Positions 11,459 to 25,500 of a stretch of 54,526 nt of DNA are shown piece by piece; the first letter of the stretch is position 1; each line of letters starts with the position of its first letter. Location: contig NW_024705319.1 of assembly GCF_018977255.1 (NCBI RefSeq), forward strand, positions 1-54,526. Reading direction: 5' to 3'. The notes under the pieces were generated by a model that did no database searches, was not told the origin of the DNA, and saw only the letters and a program-made list of their open reading frames with translations. The DNA comes from Callorhinchus milii. Its lineage: Eukaryota. The translations under genes were made by a program, and so were the position numbers.

Positions 11459-11612
11459 GTATACCTCCGTGACAAGATGTCCACGAAGACAGACATCACC
11501 ATTGGACTGAGCGGGCAAAACGATACGAGGTGGCAGACGACTCCACGCATTTCTCCAACCAGAAGTTGGCCTCGCACGCCGTCAAGACCAATTTCACAGA
11601 AGGGCACCTGTG
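11459..11612 (+). CDS. PKD1-like exon after PLAT ...YEVADDSTHFSNQKLASHAVKTNFTEGHL(W)
   Basis: tttcAG acceptor; conserved (D/E)GHLW motif split by a phase-2 intron with a GC donor; the 5' part of the exon is disrupted. Confidence 0.7.
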
Positions 11613-12049
11613 GCAAGTTGAAGCCCACCACTTCTGTAGAGATATTTTTACATATTGATTGACTGATGCGCAATAGATCTAGACTCATAACACCAAAGCG
11701 TGTCCATGCAGGTATAGTCTGTTATTAAAAATATATTATGGGCAGTGTGAGCTCCATCGATACAATTATGCACACACCTGAGTGTCATCCCTCTAAAGCT
11801 CCACATGTCTTCAATGGCTTCAAAGATTACTACAGCAACAATAAATGTTACTGCAGAGGTTGTCGCGGTTGTGCTGTGCAGCTCTCCGATGGGTTCTCTG
11901 GCTGTACCACGTGCTACGCAGCACGATGTCCGACGTTTCTCTGGAGAGCTTCGTCTTGCCGAACAACACTTGGAGAGAAACTCTAGAACACATCTGCGAG
12001 CTAGCCAACACGTATTGCTTAGTCACATTTGTTAACGTTTTCGTTGTAG

Positions 12050-12522
12050 GTATTCTGTCGTCCTTCGGCCATTCAAGACGAACTTCTCCCGCGTGCATCG
12101 CATCTCCTGCTGCGTCACGCTGCTCTTCCTCATGATGATCGCCAACGCCATGTGGTTCGGCAAGAAGCAAGCGGCCAGCGAGGCGGGCGGCGGGGTCGCG
12201 CTGGGCCGCTGTCTCTCACCGACGTCCTCATCAGCCTCTTCAGCAGCCTGGTGGAGGTGCCCGTCAGCCTCGTGGTCGTGCTCATATTCCGCAACAGCCG
12301 CTCGGGAGCGAGCGGCCCCCAGGCCAGAAGAGCTCCTGGAGGGGCCCTTGGCCGGGTGGCTGCAGGTTCGTGGGATGGGGCCTCATCGTCCTCGCTGTCC
12401 TCAGCTCGGGCTTCTTCACGATTCTCTACAGCATGGAGTGGGGCCCGGAGAAGGCCAACCGCTGGCTCGTTCGATTCCTGACGACCTTCCTCATGTAGGT
12501 TGTGTTGATCCAACCGGTGAAG
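12050..12522 (+). CDS. PKD1-like exon TM2-TM5 (frameshifts near 12207 and 12340; TAG at 12496-12498)
   Basis: YSVVLRPFKTNFSRVHRISCCVTLLFLMMIANAMWF.../PLSLTDVLISLFSSLVEVPVSLVVVLIFRNSR.../CRFVGWGLIVLAVLSSGFFTILYSMEWGPEKANRWLVRFLTTFLM*VVLIQPVK; ttgtAG acceptor and GTGAAA donor; GC-rich codon usage. Confidence 0.92.
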
Positions 12523-13549
12523 GTGAAAGGACAAAGTCTGGCTTTGAGAATGGCGTGTGTTCGTTTGTCACTCGTGAGTCGAGTGCGGGCGATCAAAACT
12601 GATTGTGACCTTTTGTTTCTGAAAGACGTAACCGATTTTATTTATAATGTTTTTTTTCCATTTTTGTCTTATTCAGGAAGTCGATATCAATGTTATCTCA
12701 GGGATAATATTATTTTCTAATTTTTAACTGAAATATTTAGGTTGCTTTGTTGCACTGCCTCTCTTTTAAAAAATATATGTTAAATCATGAATTAAATAAT
12801 GATACTCACTGTTAATTGTATTTAGAACTTATTTTGTGTTTAATTTGTTGTCCTTCCTCCACACCTTCGATTAGCACGGTTGGCTATGTACGGTGTGAAA
12901 GAAGTGCCACATACAGACAAACATTATAGTAACTGGTACAGTAACTATTGCTATGTATTTTTTTGCAAACGTAATTTTAGAAATCATTTTAAAAAGTAGT
13001 TAAATGAACGTTCATATATTTCTTCATAAAGAACGGAACATTGAAAATAGTTAATTGCCAATCTTGCAACAACAATATACAGATCTGAATATTGTGATCT
13101 GCAAGCTCTATGGGAAGTTTCAGAGCGTTAGGTTTTTGTATATTCCGTGTAAACATGGTAATTGTGCTCAGATGGACAATTTCCCAGGCGTAATTAAATT
13201 TGGTCCTGCACTTAATTTGAAGAAAAAAAATACAGTTTGAGAATTAACTATCGTTGTGGCTGTCATGCAACAAACATGATTCTCATTAGCAGAGAGGGAA
13301 GGAATGGCCTCTGTCGATATGAGGTCACATAAATGAATCTCAGAGGTATCTCTCTGGTGGTCCACTTCTGTGGCTGTTCTTAACACCGAGGGTTGCACTC
13401 TTCGCGGCGAGATCCGAATCCATTCCGTATCTCCTTGCCTGATGCCGCCAGCACAATTGGAGGCACAACATTGCAAAATAATATTTTCAAAAATCTCAGG
13501 CATGGCAATAATTGGCCTATTGGTCCCCTTAAAGTTACATGAGTAGTTT

Positions 13550-13579
13550 NNNNNNNNNNNNNNNNNNNNNNNNNNNNNN
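13550..13579. other. Assembly gap (30 N)
   Basis: Run of N. Confidence 1.
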
Positions 13580-13599
13580 GTTCTTATACCAGACAATTA

Positions 13600-16500
13600 A
13601 ACTTAACGGGTTGTAACATAGTACAGAGTGTCACATTCCTGATTACCGTGTCGGTAACTACTAATAAGTTCAGACGCGTTTACGTAGCGGAAATACGCGC
13701 TTGTTCAGGCTTTCAAGAGCAGCGAATGTCTCAATAGACACCTGGCCATGAACTACGACTCCGAAGCCGCAAGCCACGGTCAACGGCATTCAGTGTCGCA
13801 TGGCTTATTTCTAGCGTGTGGCAAACCTTCAGAGAAAGCGGTATCCCTTAATGCAGCTCCGGCGACTATCTGTGATCGGAGCACTCTGGGTCGAGCACGG
13901 GGCCACGTCTTCACGATTTTAGCGCGTTATGTGGCAAATATCCATCTCAAATTCTCTTTACCGTATTTAGGTGGCACCCCCTAGTTAGTCACCGGTATTA
14001 CCGACTAAAATACGAAGACCCATCACATATGGTACCTCTATCCAGTTAGGACCTTATAACTGACGATGACCTGAAAGCATTAGAATTTCCAATGAACAGG
14101 TAAAGAGGCCATTGAGCAGATCGGAGGATACGACCGGCCACCATCAGGCGCTAACATTGGGGAGAGGGGATGTCGTGTGGGCGTGTGTACACCGTAGTGT
14201 GAAATCGGGTGTAACGTGCTGATACAATGACCGAACATTCGGGATGGTGGTCAAAGCTAGCTTGGTCGAATTTCTCTGATTCGGTATGAGAATACGGATA
14301 AAATAGCCACTAATAATCTGGCGGTTTTTCCACAATTTTGGTCCTAGACTGTAGATATGAGTCGAGCCTTTATTGAGTCGGCTCATTAGAGGGTCCATGC
14401 TTTGTCCCATTCTCCTTCCCTTCAATAACCGTATCCACCTTACCTCGTCATGCGGTCATGGCTTTACCTAGTACAAATAGCAGGAAACAAGTAGCCCATA
14501 TGTTAACAGCACGACGCTCAAAACTGAGTCTTATGTCGACGCTGCGACCCAGAACGCTTCATCAGCGCCTCATGCATGAATCAAAGCACTGGCTAGCCGG
14601 TAAGATCCTGGAATGTTAGCCGATACTCGCTGCGCAAGTCGTCTAGCGGAGTATAGGCCCTCTTGCAGTCATCGGTGGCCATCATGTTCTGTTGTTATCG
14701 ACATGTGCACTGGGTTTGTTGGGAAAGCTTCAAATCCTGATAACGGGCCCATGCTTTCCTGCCCTTTCATGAGAGCTGTCTTCCATTCGACTGTGCATCA
14801 TAGAAGCCTCAGCGAAAAATACTTAAGATTGGGCAACAGTCCTTTGCTGCCTTTATTAGAGTACTATCTATACCAGCGGACAGCTTGCTATCTCTAACCC
14901 GTTAACGGTTCGCGGGGTCTGGCCTGTTTGCGTCGGTCGTAGTCACATTCTAGTGGGAGCCCATCTCATGCAAAACGGACACCAACGGTAAGCTACGTTA
15001 ACGAGTAGTGCAGCGAAGGACTTCGGAAACGCTCTCAAGTGTCTGACACAACAATGTGTCCACCCCCTCCGTGTTGGCGAGAGGTAAATCCCACGACTAC
15101 TAGCAAGCCGCAATTAACTGCATGGAGAACTTTCTGCATATGAACTAGATCGAAGCTCCATATCAAACGCAACGGCCGGAGCAATAGGGAGACGCCTGAC
15201 ACAAGTACACTGCACGGGGCCGACTTACACTTATCACGGGTGCTGAGGGTTACTTGGCACCAGCTCTGCCAATGAACGATGCTGGCGGTGTGCAGAGTTA
15301 GACAGCTGACCTCGTTAGGCAGTCGGGTTACCACCCATAAAGATTTGATCGAGCTAGATAGCTCCTAAAATCGTAACTAGGGGAACACATGGTCGAGATC
15401 GAGCTAAAGGAGGGAATTAGATTCCGTATTCGTTACCCATTCTGTTTGCCATTGAAAGGTAACCCCCGTCGCTGGTCCCCCCCGCAAGAGATTAATAGAC
15501 CCCTGATGACTGGCGGCCAAGTGTCTGGACAACACTCTGGAACGCAGTCAAAGAGATATCTAGCTTCAAAGGGCATTCAGGGACATGCCTACTAACACTC
15601 TGGTCCGATCCATTTTCATTCACAAGACCAGATGATGTAGCAGAAAGGTTGGTGCAGACACAAGAAACTACGTGTACATCGGCTACTCAAAATCTATCTT
15701 AGACCGCAATTAAGGAATAAGGTTCTCACTTTACGTATGGCACGCCGGATGCGTCTTTTAGCGGGACGCGGTGCAATACGGACGGTCATATCTAGAGTTC
15801 TTCTTAAAGAGGTCTGCCCACACATGACCCTCCATTTCGACATTTTTACGCGACCCGAACCTCCGTCTAAACTGCTTTTACCAGGGCAGGGGGACTAATA
15901 TATGCTGATTTTTTTCTACGGACTTAGCTACATTTAGCCCTCTTGTGTCTTATAGTAGGTCCTAAAAACACAGTATCCATATGACGTATACCGTGTGTGA
16001 ACGGTAAAGACCTTCTGGGACCGCGGCTGAGACTAGTTCTTCTCTTCCTCACACGCACAAGGTAGAAGGCGACTGCCCATATTGAAAACTGCGCCGAACC
16101 TCTCCCGATACTATCTACGAGCATTCTGTAGAAGACAAACATACGCAGCATGATGGGTTTGTGATAGTGGGATTTTGTAGACCTGTTGTCTTCTGAATGT
16201 CGAGAGGCGTTACAGCTGCTCCCGCGATGATTTGTTTTTAAGCATCATCCACCTACACCGAGGGGGTATTCTTCTTATTGACTGGTGCCGCCCTCTAAAA
16301 AAAAAACCTAGAGTTACTAACAGATCCTCCGGTAACCGTGAAGCGGGGGCACCAAGAAAAATCTGAGTTGCCTTTGAGTTGAGACCAAGACGTGGATTGG
16401 AGAACGAGGGCTTCAAGTACAGTTCAGGTCCGTTGCCAAGTGGGATACCGCACCATGTTAGCCAGGGGTTTGACTGCAACCCGACGGCTTGCCAGACGGT

Positions 16501-19500
16501 TTGAAGATAGTTGTATCATGGTGCTTTGCAAAGTCGAGGCATACTTTAGGAGATCCCTACTGAGGCAAAATTGAGAACACCCAGACCCTGGACACATCCT
16601 CGATTGGGGTAGTGAGGTGTGGCCGCCAGACGAAGCGGAGATGGAGCCGTGCCAGGTCCCCTCAAAGGCAACATACAGGACGCTACGGTCTGTACTCTCC
16701 CGATAGACGCTCATCAGGATCACGGTCTTTGAGCGTAAAAGACCGTACGTAGCATTGCGAAACCAGGCGTGATCGCGCCGTTTCTCGATTTTTACGAATA
16801 CTTGGCATAGGGGACGAACGCTGACATATAATCTATCTCACGACACTACGAAAACTCCGCTTAAAAGATCCATCAGAGGGCCGAGCCCAGAGTACATTGA
16901 TTCAATGGAAATGAAAACCCAATATTACTTGTCCGCAAACTGAGTGGGGTATCAATGACTGCTCGTACCAAATAGTCGGATTCCTCTAATTTATTGTTCT
17001 AATAGGCTCTGCATTCTGCCTATTCGGTGAGGCTAGACATCCAAAAAAAGATCAGATTGTTTTATGCGGGGCATTTAAGTAATCCCATAAAAAAGCGACT
17101 ATATAGTTATCGACTTGCAATAGGGAGGCTACGAGTGGGCGGTCCTTCGCCGAATCGGACCCGAGGTGAATGCAGGCTTCTATTTGTAAGGCAACCATCT
17201 GCGACATTCAGTCTAAACGGTGCTAGGGTAACTCGAGGTTGAATCGCGCCATTCTGGCCTGCCGAAAAACAGTACACTATTTCACCATAACTTACAACGT
17301 CCTTTTGCGTCGTATATCGGTTCGTTTACAAGTCAGCAGTTCAACAGGAGCCCAGCACGTACCCCTTGGGTGATGCACCAGACCAACCGCCCGTCGGAAA
17401 TTTACAATCCACATGTTTTGTTACAACTTAATTGATATTCCATGGCCTGGGAATTCCCTGGACACCAGTCATTGCATGAAGTAAGGACTATATTCTCAGC
17501 CATATCAGTGCGGGGTGTTGATAAGCCCATAATCGCTCGGCGGCCCCTTATTATCAGCGGCCTGAGATTATGCGGTTTCATCTGAACCTGCGCATTGTTC
17601 TGGCTTCTCCAATGCAGAGTCATTTCGTCAATGGGCCATATATATTACACCAGGCGGTAAGCCTTCGCATATATGGTTAACGTGTCACGCTAGCTAATTG
17701 AAGTCATCCTCGCCAAGAGCCGAACCTTTCCCTCTTGAGTCGGAAACATTCCACTGACGCGAAAGTATTCAAACAGGCGGTGTGCATAGTAGTCAGTCAG
17801 AGACGACCGCTGTAGTCTGTATTGGGTATCTTAACCACACATAGACGTGCATATAGTGCTGACGGGGCATTCAAGTCGTGGGATCAGCCAGCGCGACAGG
17901 AAACTCGCGTGTAGAAGTGAGGATATCATTTAACACCAGAAGAGTTTGTATCTCAATGAGTATCGATGTCAGCAGCTGAAGCGCAGCGTATGGATCGCCA
18001 GACGGACGCCAGTGTAGTCGACCAGGTGCCCCCTTGTACAGAGCAGCGAGTCTACATCCAGTTGCATGGGCAATACTAGGCGGACCGGGAATGGCCAAAC
18101 AAATGTACAAGATTTGTTGAGGGAATATCCCCTTCCCCGGGCAGCCTCGTCTATCCAGGATGCAGTCAGGTACCAGCAAACCCTGCTAGTAATGACTAAT
18201 TTGGCCGAGTGGGCTGAAGTCAGGCTAATCCATGAATAAAAACTGGAGTAAGGTTAGGTAATTCTGGTATCGAGCCCTGAAACTCGAATGAGAATCAGCG
18301 CTATCTATCATCGCAGAACTAGCGGCGCGTGAAAGACAAAGCCATCTTGACTTTCCTTCCGTTGACCTGTTATCGCCGCGCGTACCCAGCAAAAATATAG
18401 CGCGCTTGCGTTTGCAAGACACCTTTCAGGAACATGCTCGGAGCGGTTTGATCGCGCACGCCGCACACTCGGTTTCGTGTGCGAGAGCGCAGGTTGCTAC
18501 TCCACCCAGCTTAAGCCGTGCTTTACTGGCACATACTAAGATGTGAGTAACTTATGGAGAAGTCCAGGCGGCCTTTCTGTTGCAGGGGGACATCAGGTTT
18601 CTTAGGCCTTACCAAGACTTAACAGCAAAACTATATAATTATGAGGCAATAGCACAACATCTTTTAGCCATAGCCATACTCTGCCACTGATTATAGTAGG
18701 AACCTGCTGAGTTTTAATGTGACCTTCCATTCTCAATTTAAGTCCAGGGAAACCGTTATCTGCTATGGTAGTTTACATAGATTCAGCTTACGTGGCTTTC
18801 GAGCCTACCGAGACGCACACGTTCCGCGAATTATGTAGGCCCCTAAGCCAATGCACGATATAGTGACCGCCTACATAAGCGTCACGCTATAGGTCGGCGG
18901 CTCACTGTATGGCTGGATTAATTAAGTGCAGCAGCAAACATGCAACACAGGTGCTACTGCGCGGCCGAGCAACTTCGTAGTGAAGGATCCCTCCCGCACA
19001 TTAGACACCGGATGAGGGAGATCTCCACTACGTAGGTGCACTGAATACCGCCAGTCAGCAACGCATTGCTTATCGTCAGATACAAGCCGTGTCCTATAAC
19101 TGAAGGAGCCTCTTCAGAAACTAATGAGGCGCGGTAAAATGTAAATCTCACTAGTCCCTTAGGGCCCCGACTATCGATTCATCTCTTGAGGGTAGTCCTC
19201 CTAGGAAATACCTTCTGGTAGGAAAGATAAAGTCCCGGGTCGACGATTGGGTGTTATCCTCCGTACTATGTACTCGGAACCAACGACGGTGGACGAGCAT
19301 AAGCGACCAGTGTTGCACAGGACAGATTGGCGTAGTGCCCGACCAGCCTTCATCCGTCCTTAGTGTATACGCCTTTGCGCGTTAAATTATATTAAATCAT
19401 AGCGAGGCCAGAACGAAGTGACTGGCCGCTACAACGTTTGTGTCCCGTTGGCTGATCAAAACCCAGCCGTATGTGATGCTGATGTACTGAGAGTGAAATT

Positions 19501-22500
19501 CTTTGCCTGCCAATCGCCTGGTTTACTGTCACTATGTCGTGGTAGGAGCTCCATATGGCGACAAGTATGAGTTTCGGTACCCCCGTCTTATCGAAACGCT
19601 CACCCGATCCATTTCAACCCGGTCTTAAGTTCGAGAAAGTTACTCCTCGGCGGGTTTACAATAGTAACCTCAATCTACCATGGACCACGATGTAGATAAC
19701 GAACGCCTCGTAAAGTAGCGGCTCGCAGTGTTTTTCATTGACGGATTTCTGGACAAGGGCTGGGGTTGAGAACGGCGGATGTAGAACCATCCTACCAATA
19801 AGAAGCCCCCCTTCGTATTTCATCCCCGTCATTCAATCTCTGAAACATCACCCGGTATCTGAGTTATACCGATTCGGGAGAATGCGCAACGGGAGGTCCT
19901 CCGGTCGTAGTTATACAGTTAGTGCGGGACGGAGGTTTCGGGGTCTGAGGATCAAACCATCAACATTTGTATCAGCGCGGGCACGGCCAGTGCAGGTACG
20001 GCGCACTATCGCGAAGCACATGTAAAAGAGAAAAAAAATACAAGCGCCGACGGTGTGGCCGAGTGTTATCGCTTCATGGGCGCGGTCTCGAGTAGCCGGG
20101 CCCCGGACCCTAGTCTCGATGATTTAAGCTACAGTGAACACCTTAAGACACCAAAGTGCTACGGGCGCATCTTCCCCCGGGAAGCCCCTGACTAGTGGCG
20201 GATCTGCTCAAGATGGGAGCGAACTTCTTTCTTACTCGCCTGGGCGTGCCCTTGAAATTCGCTGGAAACCCAAATCAATTTGTGACATGCGAATAGTGGA
20301 GTTCCTTAAGTACTGACAGTAGTAGGTCCGTTAAGCTGTATTCACTCATATATTCCAGGGAACTCGTGTGGTACAGTCATGCGAAGAGCAATATTAACAG
20401 ATACTAGGGCTTAAATCACAGTCCGGCAAGCAGCGGAAGGTCACGTGATATCGTAGCAGCCGGTGCGTAATGCATTCAGGATTGTCCTATAGTGTGTACA
20501 CGGACTGCGCCAGTCACGTACGGGGCCACCTTCTGGGTTTCTATAGATAGTCACAGTGCTTATGACGAGATATACTCCGTCTGAGCCAATTACACAGGAA
20601 TAAAGAGAGGCAAACGAAACAAGTTATGGCGGTGCCGTTCGGTCATCGCCTTTCTGTTGTGCAGTGGCTAAACATGACCTGGCCTCGGAAATTTTTTCAT
20701 ACAGTGCCTGTCCATTAAAAGAGGGTGAAATTACTAACTGGAAACACTTTGAGGCGGCCAGTTGTGCAGGTCAAGGTTGAAGGTTTGCACGTCTCATAAA
20801 TAACAGACGCGGGACAGAATTACACTAAGCATAAAATGGTAGCGATATTTCGATAGCCGTAATGCCTGCTATAACTCGAACGAAAAGCAGCGTGTTGAAA
20901 AGGGCGCTCTGTCGAGGCATCTTAATACAAAGCAGGCGTCTTAGACCACAAGGTTTCAGGGGGCCTCTTTTAAATCATGCCGGATGACCCTGCAGCAAAA
21001 AGTCGTCATAAAGGTTGAAAGGTACTTGGACTACAGGCCAGTAACTGTACGGCCTCACTTACTCACAAATGTATGCCTCGAAGTATTCATAGCAGTACAC
21101 TGTTACATAGGGTGCTGCGGCCGGCAAGCTAAATCTTTATAATCGTCTACGTGTCCTCTAAGGATTATCTCTATTATCGTCTTCCTACTGGGAAGTATTA
21201 ACTTCGACGGTACTATGGAAGCGTTTTGCGAAAAGCGTTGTTTTCTTTACGAAATGCAGTTGTGCTCCACGGTTTCATAGTCGGCTGGGGACACATAGGC
21301 ATGTCCAGATAGTCTGAAACGTGTAAGCAAAAGTTAATTTCATTTGGCATCGTTTCATGTAGCACATGGCTGTTAGGGTCTCTTTTAGTTACAAAAAAGA
21401 ACTTTGGCTTTTCGAAAGGGACGAGAGGCGCAAAAACACTGTTTAGTAACCTCCCGTCATAAGTACGCGGTGGTCGAATCTTCTCTCCTCGGGTGATAGC
21501 TAACCGTACGACGGGGCAGAATTGTAGAGACTCACTCGCACCCATTACATGGTATATAAAATAGTTAAGTGAGCGACTTCTTCGAATCAGTGGTGACAAA
21601 CACCTTTGCTGAAATCGAAAAGGCGGCTCACTGGGCCCGAAGTCCTCTGAGCCTCGCCTAGCGATTGCTTTAGGTCGCCCGTCTCTTGTATTCCGAGGGG
21701 GTTCGATGCGAGAGGAAACGTACCGACCCGAGACCATTGGAGATTTATGCTAAAGCATGTTTCCTTTGTCTTACTACCTTCGCTCCATACTGGCCCGGTT
21801 AGTATTAGACTTATCAATCCTGCTTAGTGTAATCCCATGAGTTGACGACCCTGTCTCCTAAGCTTTGTAACCGGGCGTCTAAGGTAAAAGATAGAGGTTG
21901 GACGACGGATCCTTGCGTCGTATTGATTTTCTTATGTCTTCTTTTGAGGTTTAAGTCGTCTATTCGATTGGATATGGGCGCGTCGTATACACATGTAGGC
22001 CCCTATGGTCCGCACTGCTAGGCCGAATAAATTTTATGAACTAGTGAATATTACGAATTAAGAGGTTGCACATTCCAGGATAACTCCATCTCAACGACAA
22101 CATTCCGCAGCGCATGGGATCGTCATTCCGATAGGAGTCTACTTGCGTGCGCACCCACGAATCCGGGGTCACTCGATAAGGGTGTACAGATTCCAGCTGC
22201 ACAACGCGTCGAGGTGCCACCACTCGCCTGAACAACTTAGGACCGGCCCAGGACTTGGTTGCTTGCTCATATTTAGGAGACCTCGCAGGGTACTCTCCTT
22301 GAAATTAATCCGTGAGCTGCAACTCAGCCGCTTCGACAAGAGAGTCGCACTGTGTATGTGGGGCTGGTCGATTTGTATAAGGACGGAGCCGTGACCGGTA
22401 TTCTTGCGGTAAGGTAGTGAGGATGCTACCTATGCCGGGGTCCTGAGATTTCTGGTGTTCTTCCCGAATTTCGGTCCGTATTTTCGCCGCCTTCTATTCT

Positions 22501-25500
22501 TAAGTAAGGATGAAAACGGTAACATGCGGAGAGGCCTGAGACGAAAGCCATACGGCTCGAAACTGGGAACAACTAGAATGTGTGGCGGAGGGTATTTTCT
22601 CGACGGCTTGGGGGCTATCGTTACATGGGTTCACAACTGGAATTATGAACCCTCATAAATTTATTTCGTACACTAGAGAGCAGTTAAGCTGTTCACCAAG
22701 ACTACCTAACCTCATTGTTATCGGTAAATAGAGAGAGTAGAGCGAAATCGGGCAGTCCCCAGTCACGGCGGAATAAACTTACGGAGATAGACTTTGAAGG
22801 GAAAAGGCTCCCAGATGTGTTCACCGGACACTTCCGTAACAGGAGAGATCGCCGCAGTCGCCTCATATATCCATGGACACAGTCCAAAGTATGACGGACC
22901 GCGCAAGAGATCTAGCGGTTTGTCCACGGTCCCAAGGGGGTGCGTGGCTCAGACCTTTAGTACCACGCGACCTTTGCGAATATAAATTGATTCTATTCAA
23001 CCCTTCTAACAGTGCCATTGATACCGAAAACACCGTTCTGTACGCGGACCCCCAGAAAAACGGACTTCGTGTGCTTTCCGTTAACAATATTGTGCTAAAG
23101 TAACCCCACGGTAGGCCTTTAGGCCAAGTATCAGGCATGTTCTATTAATGTACTCATTAACGGTACCAATGGAGGTACACGGCCGCTGCCACAGTGATAG
23201 CATTGGGATCAATGCGAATTCGTTCTCGTCGTTTTTACCGTTAATGTAGTCCGTCATCTCCGAAATTGAATATACCTTCGAAAATTGGAGGGAACCCTAA
23301 AGATGTAACGCGTTAGCACAAATGGAAGATCGCACGTGATAGGCCTACACCGCAATTACGTCCTCGTGGGGAGTAATCGAGCACATAGAAGAGATTTTTG
23401 CTCGTTCTAGTAGGGTCGTGGTGCCATAGACCCCATGCACAAGCAAGCGCTGGTACTGATTCGATTGGCTTCTACCCAGTTATAGACGATTGCCAGTTTT
23501 GCCCGTTGCCCTCTAAAATTGCATACGGCAAGTGTCTTGCATTGAGGGCCGCTAGCGGCCTCGTCTGACCCGACGCGATAACCCCAAGGCGAGAATGAAT
23601 GGTATGACTAACGCGCGTAACCAGGGAATGTCTAATACCTCCGTAGTGCATAACCCCTTTCGAGGTTCACTGCACGTGTGATTAAAGACATCGTATACAA
23701 CTTTAGCTAACACTATAATGGTAGGGCTGGGTTGCTCAGTAACCGGGGGAAAGGAATACGACAAACAGATAGTGATCAAAGGGCTCGATTTGAGCAGACC
23801 TGGGACGGAACTTATACCGGCAGACCAACCCCTAAGGAACCTTCAGAGGGTACTCAGAACTGAGTGACTGGCCGGTATTATACCGGTAATTATCACTACC
23901 CGCGGGAAAACGTGCGTTCCCAGTCCGTGGCAACGACGCGACTCCTGACGGCGTAGCTAAGACACGGACTGCTCTCGAATAAGGAAAGCTAGTGAATGTC
24001 GGCGGCATCGCAATTGGAGCAGCCCAACCGTCGTGCCTACGAAGGGTACCATGATATTGATTACGAGTGCCCATAGTCGCACAAGACTGGCCATGCTTCG
24101 GTTCCTGCGTTTTACCGGACCCAACAGTCCGGAGGAGGGATCTGACAAAAATTGTAGTACCCCTGTCCCAACTCATAAACCCATGTCGCGACTTGCGAGA
24201 ACATCGTGTGAAGTGCTTCACAGGAGAGGGCTCCGTGCGCTCAATACGCGCTATTCAGGTCACGCACGTACCAGCGAGGTTACGTTTCGTTTCTAGAGGC
24301 CCTCAACCACCCATAAGATTAACAGAACAGAATTACGGGTGTTCATCTTAGCCAAATAGCTCCAAATCATGGGTGTTGATCTCGTTAGCGTACGAAGATT
24401 GAAGTCGGACCGTCGCACTTCTGCGGGCATGACTTCCCATGTCACTAACTGGAGAGGTCAACAAGTATCTCGGCTTTGAAGATTTGGTGTCGGGGCTTAC
24501 ATTCCCAGTACCTTACACGCAGGCTAGCAGAAATCTAAGCGGGCCTCCAGATTTTTCAGGCTAGTTAGGAAGAACGTTCCAGTCGCTACCAAGCATGCTC
24601 GGTAACATACACAACATGCGACCAGCTGGTTTCCCCAATAATTGACTCCGGTAGGAGGTTGGCGCGAGAATTGCACACCCGGTCGGACCTGAGAAAGCAT
24701 TCGGAGCCGTATGTCGTTGGGTATCGAAATCCGACCTGTATAAGCGAGGTTGGTTAAAGGGGAATTAAATCGATGGCAGCGGGACTGGCGGCACTGGGAG
24801 GGTTAGGCACAGCATGAAGATAAAAAAAAGGCATCTTTCATTCTTATGGTCGGACACGCACGCTTGATAAACCGCGTGATTCGTTTATTGTAAAGGAGTC
24901 AGTATGATAAGTCCTGTGGCCGGTGTGCATGAGTTCCCCATGGAATCCAAGGTCCAATTTGAGTCATATGAAGCGTTTAACCCTACGCGGATAGTTTTGC
25001 GCGTTTGCGTCCGCTGCGAGACAAGTGGACCCCATCAACCTTAGTCTTGATGCCCTAGCGGATTTCGAAACAGGCCTGAGATTATTCACCCTAAGCAGAC
25101 TGGGGACGGGCATAGCCTCCCGCAGAAAAAACATGGTTAACTTAACTTTGCTAGCTTGGAGCTAGCGTGTGCCGCGAGCTGCAGTTAAGTCATGTGAAAA
25201 AAATCGAAGCCCTCGCATAAATTAACCTGGAGTCGTAGCAACGTTAAAACATTATGTATCGTAGAGGTCATCCCGCAATCATACCTCTTCCTAAAAACCG
25301 ACGATTAGACTTCTACGTACGTAGACGTAAAAACCAGGGGTGACGTTGAATCCTAAAATCAGTAGCCAGTAACCATGGCTATATGTAGATGACTACAATG
25401 TTGGCACCGCGTAGCGGGATAGTTAGAATAATCCAGAGCGAGAATACAGACCTGTTGCTAGGCGGACGGTCTGCATCTCTGTTTAACAATAACGGGTTCC

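Larger units (their letters stand above)
31..12522 (+). pseudogene. Polycystin-1-like (PKD1L/REJ-family) multi-exon gene, partial; frameshifted as assembled (pseudogene or uncorrected indel errors)
   Basis: Family motifs occur in order across splice-bounded exons: VPGEKP (GAIN region), GEYYIG, TAACKIWD..QWS (GPS), PNAIDF/NGAVFSTV..LYLLVLLWARKADEKD (TM1), F.R...NFIF..G...MRIW..W..V.V.DL (PLAT), EGHLWYSV..RP..TNFSRVHRISCC..LFLMMIANAMWF (TM2), FFTILYSMEWGPEKANRWL..F...LIQPVK (TM4-5). The 5' and 3' parts of the gene are not seen. Confidence 0.9.

Noticed and set aside
16722-16746. Hairpin ACGGTCTTT/AAAGACCGT as a terminator
   Set aside because: A 9-bp stem with no U-tract or upstream gene; compatible with chance.
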